Shown: piece after piece, positions 37,471-47,197 of the stretch
Layout of the letters: each line of letters starts with the position of its first letter
Position numbering within the stretch: the stretch's first letter is position 1
Assembly: GCF_902713615.1 (NCBI RefSeq)
Contig: NC_052148.1
Location: 253,452,690-253,516,689, forward strand
From: Scyliorhinus canicula
Taxonomy: Eukaryota
DNA length: 64,000 bases
Direction of reading: 5' to 3'
Program-made: the position numbers and the translations under genes
The notes under the pieces: generated by a model
The model's database searches: none
What the model was told of the DNA's origin: nothing
What the model saw: the letters and a program-made list of their open reading frames with translations, nothing else

Positions 37471-38879
37471 TGCAACCAGACTTATTGGGTTGGACTTGCT
37501 CTGAGTGTCTTCTGTGTACTTTTGCATCTATTTGGATTTGATTTCTTGGTTTTTTAAAAATAAATTTGGAGTACCCAATTCTTTTTTTCCCAATTAAGGG
37601 CAATTTAGCGTGTCCAATCTACCTAGTCTGCACATCATTTTGGGTTGTGGGTGTGAGACCCACGCAGACGCAGGGACAATGTGCAAACTCCACACAGACA
37701 GTGACCCAGAGCCGGGATTGAAGGATTTAATTTATTGTCATGTGTACTGGAAAAGTGTTGTTCTGCACACATTCTAGACACGTCGTTCCATACATGACAA
37801 AAACTTAGGACATACATAAATGCACTATATAAATACATAGGTACAGACATTGGTTGAAGCACATGGACTGTAGTGCTACTCAGTAGAGAAGATATGTGAT
37901 GAGCTCAGTTCAGTCCACAAGAGGGTCATTCAGGAGTATGGTAACAGCGGGGAAGCTGTTTTTGAATCTGTTAGTGTGTGTCCTCAGACTTTTGTATCTC
38001 CTGCCCGATGGAAGAAGTTGAAAGAGAGAATAACTCAGCTGGAGGGGTATTTGACTATGTAGCAGGAGATGAAGACAGTCAATGGATGTAGTGATCTGTT
38101 GCTATTTGGTTGTTTAATGAGAAATAAATTAATTGTCAGCATTTTCTAATTCAACCTGCTTCACTCAGGATGTTTAATTTTTGTATTCCCCTTCACCCGA
38201 ACAGGCAGATTGGGTTCAATATAAAAGATGCCATGTTGTATTTTGGAGAAAAGGGGAGTTATCCCCAGTGTGCTTGCCAATGTTTATCCTCAATATTACA
38301 AAAGAAAGGCTATCTGGTCATTATCACAGTGCTGTTTGTGGGACCTTATTGTGTGTAAATTGGCTGCTGTGTTTCCTGCATTACATCAGTGGCTTTGAGC
38401 CTTCCATTGATTGTGAGAGGCACTACATAAATACTAACCTTTCTTTCTCTGGGTTTTCCTCTGCACTTGTAGGTTTTGAAGGAGAATGACAGAAAAAGAA
38501 TGTCAGGCAGATACATCTGGGTCTCAATGCTTGGTCAGAATCTCCTCTTCTTAACACTGATATCAATGTGTACAGGGCCTAGCAATTATAATTAGCCAAG
38601 TGCAAATACTTTGATTTCCGGAGGAGTCAATCACAGAACTGTACAGACTTCTGCAGTCAAACAAATGACAAAGGCAATTCAGTCAGTGCTTCTAAAGACA
38701 ACTACTATATTGTCATTTATGTTCTTGAGTCTTTCCATGCAATAAACAGAAGATAGCTGCCAAAGCTCCCAGTCTACGCTGACCAGTTGCAACCCACCAA
38801 ACCAATGAGGCTTTGTTTACCAGGCCAATCAGTTCATCTGTTTTCCCTCCTGAAAATATTTTGCAATATGAAAAAGATG

Positions 38880-39085
38880 TGTTTCCCATATGATTGGATT
38901 TTCTAAGGGTACACGGGATTATTGACGGCTGCACGGATGACTATCCAGATCACAACCCCAAATATTACACCTTTCACAAACAGAAAGGATTTTACTCTGT
39001 AAACGTGCAGCTGGTTTGCGAATCTCGATACCCATTTATATCTAGGTTCAGAACCATGCATATGATTGTGTTCGGGAAACAAAGG
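38880..39085 (+). pseudogene. Ancient Harbinger (HARBI1-like) DDE transposase fragment
   Basis: RVHGIIDGC...KQKGFYSVNVQLVCE resembles the GAIDGTH...NRKGFHSINVQLVCD motif. Confidence 0.65.
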
Positions 39086-40825
39086 TAGCGTTAAGGGATT
39101 TATACTTGTTTTCGCAAACATTAGAAATAAGATACAGTTTTCAGTGGGTTCAGTTTAAGTGGGTCCCTGTGCCTCGAAGGGTAAAACCTAAAGTTAGATT
39201 CACAATGGACAAAGGTGTCTTTATGTATGGGGGTTGGTTAGGTTCCAACTGTGTTTCGATGTGCTTCGAGAATCCACATAAAAGCATAAATTTCTGGGAA
39301 TGAATCATAGAATTCCTACAGTCCAGAAGGAGGCCATTCAGCCCTTTGAATCTGCACTGACCCTCCAAAAGAGCACACAAGGTTCACTCCCCTGTCCACC
39401 CAGCCCTATCCCCATAACCTAACCTGCACATCCCTGGACTATGGGGGGAAATCGGAGCACCCGGAGGAAACCCACGCAGACATGGGTAGAAAGTGCAAAC
39501 TGCCATTCATTGAGGTAGAGTTCCAGCTTTACTATCATGGTTTCAGGGATGAGGGATTAATGTGAATGGACTGGAGGAATTGGTGTTCTCCTTAGTGCTA
39601 CAAAGGCTAAGAGAAGATTCAATGGCATGATTAAAATCATGAAGGGCTTAAAAGAAACATTCCAATTCTGCAAGTCCTTAACCAGCAGGCACAGATTCAA
39701 GGTGATTGGCAAAACATCAGGGGTGGCATGAGGAAAAGTGTTATTACACAAGAAGTGGCTAGGATTTAGTTGGCACTGACTGCCTGAATGAATCGTTAAA
39801 ACAAATTCAGCAGTAACTTTGGATAAATAATTGAAGCAGAGAGAATTGCAGAGATATGGAGGAGAAGCGGCAAAGTGGATTGATCCTTGAAAGAGCCAGC
39901 ACACATTTATAATAATAATCTTTATTGTCACAAGTAGGCTGACAGTAACATTGCAATGAAGCTACTGTGAAAATCCTCCAGCCACCACATTCCGGCGCCT
40001 GTTCAGGTACACAGAGGGAGAATTCAGAATGTCCAATTCACCTAACAAGCACGTCTTTCAGGACTTGTGGGAGGAAACCGGAGCAACCGGAGGAAACCCA
40101 CACAAACAGGGGGAGAACGTGCACACTCCTTACCGACAGTGACCCAAGCCAGGAATCGAACCCGGGACCCTGGTGCTATGAAGCAACAGTGCTAACCACT
40201 AAAGGACTGAATGGCTGATATCTGTGCTGGGATTCGATGAGGCCCTCGTACTTTGTTATTTTCAATGTTGGGTGGGGTATTATGACATAAAGTAAAACAA
40301 TCTACAGAAAACTGGACTCTATTGGTTTATATTTTACATGCAAAGCAGTCCAGGTGGTTGCGTTCAAATTTAGAATTAGAATCAGGACTTTCTGGAAGAT
40401 GATTTGTGTTAGGTGCACAGAGAATAGACAGAGCTCTGTGTGAGGTGACAGCAGCCAGATCACAGGCTGAGGAAAGGCCGAAGTATTAGTAAAGACTGTA
40501 TGGGAGCCAGGGAGCTGCGAGACCCTGTGCTATTCCACAAGGAATAAATCCCAGATTGGAAACAATGTTCCTCGTTAATAAGAAACATGGCTGTTTATCT
40601 CGACCCTGTTCTAAAACGGATCCAGCTGTCTATTCCAGCGGCTCCCTGCTGAGATTTCGTTGGGAACACATCCCAGGTTTCGGTGAGTTCAATCTGATTC
40701 GTCCCTTGAGGGGGAGCCCAGCCTCAACAAGGATCCAATTCAGTTCTGAAAGGGGCGGTGGGTAATAAATAGGTTTCATAATTCGGAGCTTGCTTGGTAC
40801 TAAACTCACTTTCCATCCTCGCAAA

Positions 40826-40832
40826 TATAAAG
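40826..40832 (+). promoter_or_regulatory. TATA box of the CYTL1-like gene
   Basis: TATAAAG 60 nt upstream of the ATG at 40886, implying a TSS near 40855. Confidence 0.7.
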
Positions 40833-40885
40833 AAGTGAGGCTCCAGCAGGGGAACTTGGATTTGACGCAAGGCTGTGGAGACGGG

Positions 40886-41646
40886 ATGGGTTTGTCCAGG
40901 AAAATCCTTCTCTTTTCCACACTCCTTGTAATTGCCGATTCTGCCCCTCCGACCTGCTACTCTGCTGTTGTGAGATTGAGTAAAGGGATTACGGAGTCTC
41001 TGGGCAGATTAGAGACCTTTTCCATCACGGTAAATTGCAGCCCAGACTCGCTGGTTTGATTGCTCAGTGGGATCTTTGCACGGTGACTATAAATGAATTG
41101 TGTTCCTTCCACAGAAACGGTGCCTCGCTAACCTGCCGAAGCTCTACATTAACGTGCATGTAAGTACTTGAGCGATTTGAGAACTGTAATAACGTGGCTG
41201 TGGCTGTTGTTGGGGTGTGTGCACCAGCTCATCCTGGGATCTCTATCTCCCTGTCGATGCTGCAGAACGCCTGTGTGACCATCAAACTTCGTGACCACCT
41301 CTACGCTTTGGAAAACCTCATCACCCCCCAGTGCAGAGAGCTCAAAAGAATTGAGTTCCTCAAAGTGCGAGTCAAGCGCTTGTTCAACATGATCAACCGA
41401 CTCTGCTACAGGGTAATGTATACTTTGCCTTGTCTTATCCGGCCAGGGACTATAGACAACTGTTAGCACTTGCTGCACACCAACAAGCGTCTCCTCCTGA
41501 TACACACAAACTGTATCCAGCTCAGTGTCATTAACATTTTACTCCCCTTTGTCACTCCACAGGACCTGGTGTTCTTCATTGACGATTGCGCAGCGCTGGA
41601 ACGCCCTCCTCCTCCGCCCGAGCCGCAAGACGAGCTCCTGGACTGA
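40886..41646 (+). CDS. CYTL1: Cytokine-like protein 1-like (CYTL1 family) secreted protein, join(40886..41029,41115..41159,41266..41412,41563..41646), 139 aa: MGLSRKILLFSTLLVIADSAPPTCYSAVVRLSKGITESLGRLETFSITKRCLANLPKLYINVHNACVTIKLRDHLYALENLITPQCRELKRIEFLKVRVKRLFNMINRLCYRDLVFFIDDCAALERPPPPPEPQDELLD
   Basis: Hydrophobic signal peptide, then PPTCYS, LPKLYINVH, C..KLRD and DLVFFIDDCAALE, matching recalled human CYTL1 (PPTCYS, LPRLYLDIH, CVLDKLRD, DLVFLLDDCNALE). All six cysteines are present. Three GT-AG phase-0 introns (85, 106, 150 nt). No stops or frameshifts after splicing. The symbol marks the family; this may be a paralog rather than the ortholog. Confidence 0.92.
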
Positions 41647-41932
41647 AGCCTCGGCTGGATTGACATTGAGCCGCAATCGCTACAACCCCGCGTCCAACCA
41701 ACCGCCTGAGAACCGGGAATCAAACCCGGCCCGGACTGCAGGCTTTGCTGTGTTTGGGAGGGGGATGGGGGGGGGGGGGGGGTGCCGAGTGATGGTTTGA
41801 TGCTTTGTATTCAATGGATAAGTTAATTAAAGTGAGTTACTTTAAGTGAGTTACAGGGTGTACAGGATGGGGGGGGGGGGGGGGGGGGGGGGTCCGCTAA
41901 ATTCGATTCCGATGAATGCTGTAGTACACAAA

Positions 41933-41938
41933 AATAAA
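41933..41938 (+). terminator. Polyadenylation signal of the CYTL1-like gene
   Basis: AATAAA about 290 nt after the stop codon, followed by a GT-rich tract (ggtgtttctatttgg). Confidence 0.7.
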
Positions 41939-44128
41939 CAAGGTAACAAAACTATGGTGTTTCTATTTGGATTGTGAACCTGCCTCGATTCTGAAGTCAG
42001 GAACAGGGGTGTAACTTATTATAGCAACATTATTATAGAGTCGGGGTGTACCGTATTATAGCAATATTATTATAGAGTCAGGGGTGTACCATATTATAGC
42101 AACATTATTATAGAGGGTCAGGGTGTACCATATTATACCAACATTATTATAGAGTCAGGGGTGTACCGTATTATAGCAACATTATTATAGAGTCAGGGGT
42201 GTACCGTATTATAGCAACATTATTATAGAGTCAGGGGTGTACCATATTATACCAACATTATTATAGAGTCAGGGGTGTACCATATTATAGCAACATTATT
42301 ATAGAGGGTCAGGGTGTACCATATTATACCAACATTATTATAGAGTCAGGGGTGTACCATATTATAGCAACATTATTATAGAGGGTCAGGGTGTACCATA
42401 TTATACCAACATTATTATAGGGAGCCAGGGGTGTACCATATTATAGCAACATTATTATAGAGGGTCAGGGTGTACTATATTATACCAACATTATTATAGA
42501 GTCAGGGGTGTTCCGTATTATAGCAACATTATTATAGAGTCAGGGGTGTACCATATTATACCAACATTATTATAGAGGGTCAGGGTGTACTATATTATAC
42601 CAACATTATTATAGAGTCAGGGGTGTACCGTATTAAAGCAACATTATTATAGAGTCAGGGGTGTACCATATTATAGCAACATTATTATAGAGGGTCAGGG
42701 TGTACCATATAATACCAACATTATTATAGCTAGCCAGGGGTGTACAATATTATAGCAACATTATTATAGAGGGCCAGGGTGAACCATATTATAACAACAT
42801 TATTATAGAGGGTCAGGGGTGTACCATATTATAACAACATTATTATAGAGGGTCGGGGTGTACCATATTATACCAACATTATTATAGAGGGTCAGGGATG
42901 TACCATATTATAGCAACATTATTATAGAGCCCCATGGGTGTACCATATTATACCAACATTATCATAGAGGGTCAGGGATGTACCATATTATACCACCATT
43001 ATTATAGAGCCCCATGAGTGTACCATATTCTACCAACACTATTATAGAGGGTCAGGGGTGCAAACATATTATATCAACATTATTATAGAGGGTCAGGGGT
43101 GTAACATATTATACCAACATTATTATAGAGTCAGGGGTGTACCTTATTATAGCAACATTATTATAGAGGGTCAGGGGTGTACCATATTATAGCAACATTA
43201 TTATAGAGGGTCAGGGTGTACCATATTATACCAACATTATTATAGAGAGTCAGGGGTGTACCATATTATACCAACATTATTATAGAGGGTCAGGGATGTA
43301 CCATATAATAGCAACATTATTATAGAGGACCAGGGGTGTACCATATTATACCAACATTATTATAGAGGGTCAGGGATGTACCATATTATACCAACATTAT
43401 TATAGAGGGTCAGGGTGTACCATATTATACCAACATTATTATAGAGTGTCAGGGGTGTACCATATTATAACAGCATTATTATAGAGGGTCAGGGATGTAC
43501 CATATTATACCAACATTATTATAGAGCCCCATGGGTGTACCATATTCTACCAACACTATTATAGAGGGTCAGGGGTGCAAACATATTATATCAACATTAT
43601 TATAGAGGGTCAGGGGTGTAACATATTATACCAACATTATTATAGAGTCAGGGGTGTACCATATTATATCAACATTATTATAGAGGGTCAGGGTGTACCA
43701 CATTATAGCAACATTGTTATAGAGGGTCAGGGTGTACCATATTATACCAACATTATTATAGAGGGTCAGGGATGCACCATATTGCAGCAACATTATTATA
43801 GAGGGTCAGGGGTGTACCATATTATAGCAACATTATTATAGAGGGTCAGGGTGTACCATATTATAGCAACATTGTTATAGAGGGTCAGGGTGTACCATAT
43901 TATACCAACATTATTATAGAGGGCCAGGGTGTACCATATTATACCAACATTATTATAGAGGGCTAGGGGTGTACCATATTAAGCAACATTATTATAGAGA
44001 GTCAGGGGTGTACCATATTTTACCAACATTATTCGAGAGGGTCAGGCATGTACCATATTATAGCAACATTATTATAGAGGGTCAGGGTGTACCATATTAT
44101 ACCAACATCATTATAGAGGGCCAGGGGT

Positions 44129-47100
44129 GGGGGGGAAGGGAAAGTGAAAGCGACAGGGAGCAGGGAGTTAAATGGCAAGATACGCAGGAGGATAACATGT
44201 AGGCAGGTGGATTTAAGCTTGAGGCAGACTAGGAATGCAACAAAAGGAAGGATAACTTTGGACATCTTAGGACTTCCAATATCTGTACTGATAAGAAAGT
44301 TAACATTAAGGCACTTTACCTGAATGCTCGTAGCATTTGTAACAAAGTAGATGAACTAATGGCACAGATCATCGTGAATGATTATGATGTGGTAGGCATC
44401 ACAGAGACATGGCTGCAGGGGGTTCAGGACTGGCAGTTAAACATCCAAGGATATACAACCTATCGAAAAGACAGGGAGGTGGGCCGAGGGAGTGGGGTTG
44501 CCTTGTTAGTTAAGAACAAAATTAAATCTATGGCACTAAACGACATAGGGTCGGATGATGTGGAGTCTGTGTGGGTAGAATTGAGGAACCACAAAGGCAA
44601 AAAAACCATAATGGGAGTTATGTACAGACCGCCTAACAGTGGTCAGGACCAGGGGCGCAACATGTACCGGGAAATAGAAAAGGCATATCAGAAAGGCAAG
44701 GTCACAGTGATCATGGGGGACTTCAATATGCAGGTGGATTGGGTAAATAATGTAGCCAGTGGATCCAAAGAAAAGGAATTCATGGAATGCTTACAAGATG
44801 GCTTTTTGGAACAGCTTGTCATGGAGCCCACAAGGGAGCAGGCTATTCTGGACCTAGTGCTATGTAATGAACCAGACTTTATTAAAGATCTTAAAGTAAG
44901 GGAACACTTAGGAAGCAGCGATCATAATATGGTTGAGTTCAGTCTGCAGTTTGAAAGAGAGAAGGCAAAATCGGATGTAATGGTGTTACAGTTAAATAAA
45001 GGTAATTACGAGGGCATGAGAGAGGAACTGGTGAAAATCAACTGGAAGCAGACCCTAGCAGGGAAGACAGTAGAGCAAAAATGGCAGGAGTTTGTATGCA
45101 TAATTGAGGACACTGTACAGAGGTTCATCCCCAAGAAAAGAAAGATTATCCAGGGAGGGATTAGACAGCCATGGCTGACAAAGGAGGTCAGGAAATGTAT
45201 CAAAGAAAAAGAGAGATCCTATAAAGTGGCCAAAAGCACTGGGAAATCAGAAGATTGGGAAGGCTACAAAAACAAACAGAGGTTAACAAAGAGACAAATA
45301 AGGAAGGAGAGGATCAAATATGAAGGCAGGCTAGCCAGTAATATAAGAAATGATAGTAAAAGTTTCTTTCAATACATAAGAAACAAACGTCAGGCCAAAG
45401 TAGACATTGGGCCAATTCAAACTGATTCTGGAAGGCTAGTGATGGGAGATGAGGAAATGGCTGGAGAACTTAATAAGTACTTTGCGTCTGTCTTCACAGT
45501 GGAAGACGTTAGTAATATCCCAAAAATTATAAAGGGTCAGGGGGCTGAGTTGAGTATGGTTGCCATTACAAAAGAGATGGTGCTAAAAAAGCTAAAAGGT
45601 CTTAAAATTGACAAATCTCCTGGCCCCGATGGGCTACATCCTAGAGTTCTGAGGGAGGTGGCTGAAGAAATAGCGGAAGCGTTGGTTGAGATCTTTCAAA
45701 AATCACTGGAGTCAGGGAAAGTCCCGGACGATTGGAAGATCGCTGTTGTAACCCCCTTGTTCAAGAAAGGATTAAGACAAAAGATGGAAAATTATAGGCC
45801 AATTAGCCTAACCTCGGTTGTTGGTAAAATTCTAGAATCGATCGTTAAGGATGAGATTTCTAATTTCTTGGAAGAGCAGGGTCGGATTAGAACAAGTCAA
45901 CATGGATTTAGTAAGGGGAGGTCGTGCCTGACGAACCTGTTAGAATTCTTTGAGGAGGTGACAAGTAGGTTAGACCAGGGAAACCCAGTGGATGTGGTCT
46001 ATCTGGATTTCCAAAAGGCCTTTGATAAGGTGCCACACAGGAGGCTGCTGAGTAAGGTGAGGGCCCATGGTGTTCGAGGTGAGCTACTGGCATGGGTTGA
46101 GGATTGGCTGTCTGACAGAAGGCAGAGAGTTGGGATAAAAGGTTCTTTTTCGGAATGGCAGCCGGTGACCAGCGGTGTCCCACAGGGTTCAGTGTTGGGG
46201 CCGCAGCTGTTCACCATATATATTAATGATCTGGATGAAGGGACTGGGGGCATTCTAGCGAAGTTTGCTGATGATACGAAGTTAGGTGGTCAGGCAGGTA
46301 GTGCTGAGGAAGTGGGGAGGCTGCAGAAGGATCTAGACAGTTTGGGAGAGTGGTGCAGGAAATGGCTGATGCATTTCAACGTGAGAAAATGTGAGGTCTT
46401 GCACTTTGGAAAAAAGAATCCAAGCATAGACTACTTTCTAAACGGTGAGAAAATTCATAATGCCAAAGTACAAAGGGATCTGGGAGTGCTAGTCGAGGAT
46501 TCCCTAAAGGTAAACATGCAGGTTGAATCTGTGATTAAGAAAGCGAATGCTATGTTGTCATTTATCTCAAGAGGGTTGGAATATAAAAGCAGCGATGTGC
46601 TACTGAGCCTTTATAAGGCTCTGGTTAGGCCCCATTTGGAGTACTGTGTCCAGTTTTGGGCCCCACATCTCAGGAAGGACATACTGGCACTGGAGCGTGT
46701 CCAGCGGAGATTCACACGGATGATCCCTGGAATGGCGGGTCTAGCATATGAGGAACGGCTGGCGTTCCTGGGATTGTATTCATTGGAGTTCAGAAGGTTA
46801 AGAGGAGATCTAATAGAAACTTACAAGATAATACATGGCTTAGAAAGGATGGACGCAAAGAAACTGTTTCCGTTAGGCGAGGAGTCGAGGACCCGTGGGC
46901 ACAGCCTTAGAATTAGAGGGGGTAAATTCAAAACAGAAATGCGGAGACATTTCTTCAGCCAGAGAGTGGTGGGCCTGTGGAATTCATTGCCGCAGAGTGC
47001 AGTGGAGGCCGGGACGCTAAATGGCTTCAAGGCAGAGATAGATAAATTCTTGATGTCGCGAGGAATTAAGGGCTATGGGGAGAATGCTGGGAGGTGGAGT

Positions 47101-47197
47101 TAAAATGCCCATCAGCCATGATTGAATGGCGGAGTGGACTCGATGGGCCGAATGGCCTTACTTCCACTCCTATGTCTTATGGTCTTATGGTCTTATG
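44129..47197 (+). mobile_element. Young 5'-truncated CR1 LINE inserted into the satellite
   Basis: Intact ORF2, (TCTTATGG)n tail, satellite resumes on both sides. Confidence 0.95.
44359..47103 (+). CDS. CR1 LINE ORF2, APE endonuclease plus reverse transcriptase (914 aa from the first ATG; frame open from 44233)
   Basis: GITETW, MGDFN, SDHN endonuclease motifs; KSPGPDG, YLDFQKAFD, GVPQGSVLGP, FADD RT motifs; no stops. Confidence 0.93.
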   Translation: MAQIIVNDYDVVGITETWLQGVQDWQLNIQGYTTYRKDREVGRGSGVALLVKNKIKSMALNDIGSDDVESVWVELRNHKGKKTIMGVMYRPPNSGQDQGRNMYREIEKAYQKGKVTVIMGDFNMQVDWVNNVASGSKEKEFMECLQDGFLEQLVMEPTREQAILDLVLCNEPDFIKDLKVREHLGSSDHNMVEFSLQFEREKAKSDVMVLQLNKGNYEGMREELVKINWKQTLAGKTVEQKWQEFVCIIEDTVQRFIPKKRKIIQGGIRQPWLTKEVRKCIKEKERSYKVAKSTGKSEDWEGYKNKQRLTKRQIRKERIKYEGRLASNIRNDSKSFFQYIRNKRQAKVDIGPIQTDSGRLVMGDEEMAGELNKYFASVFTVEDVSNIPKIIKGQGAELSMVAITKEMVLKKLKGLKIDKSPGPDGLHPRVLREVAEEIAEALVEIFQKSLESGKVPDDWKIAVVTPLFKKGLRQKMENYRPISLTSVVGKILESIVKDEISNFLEEQGRIRTSQHGFSKGRSCLTNLLEFFEEVTSRLDQGNPVDVVYLDFQKAFDKVPHRRLLSKVRAHGVRGELLAWVEDWLSDRRQRVGIKGSFSEWQPVTSGVPQGSVLGPQLFTIYINDLDEGTGGILAKFADDTKLGGQAGSAEEVGRLQKDLDSLGEWCRKWLMHFNVRKCEVLHFGKKNPSIDYFLNGEKIHNAKVQRDLGVLVEDSLKVNMQVESVIKKANAMLSFISRGLEYKSSDVLLSLYKALVRPHLEYCVQFWAPHLRKDILALERVQRRFTRMIPGMAGLAYEERLAFLGLYSLEFRRLRGDLIETYKIIHGLERMDAKKLFPLGEESRTRGHSLRIRGGKFKTEMRRHFFSQRVVGLWNSLPQSAVEAGTLNGFKAEIDKFLMSRGIKGYGENAGRWS

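Noticed and set aside
41194-41466. Single-exon 90-aa ORF, or stop read-through into exon 4 of the CYTL-like gene
   Set aside because: Intron 3 is 150 nt and in frame but contains a TAG and has clear GT/AG signals; splicing gives the CYTL1-colinear product.
44359-47103. Intact RT as a novel domesticated or defence system
   Set aside because: It has a typical CR1 3' tail, a 5' truncation and a related decayed copy at 31864-36120; a young LINE explains it fully.
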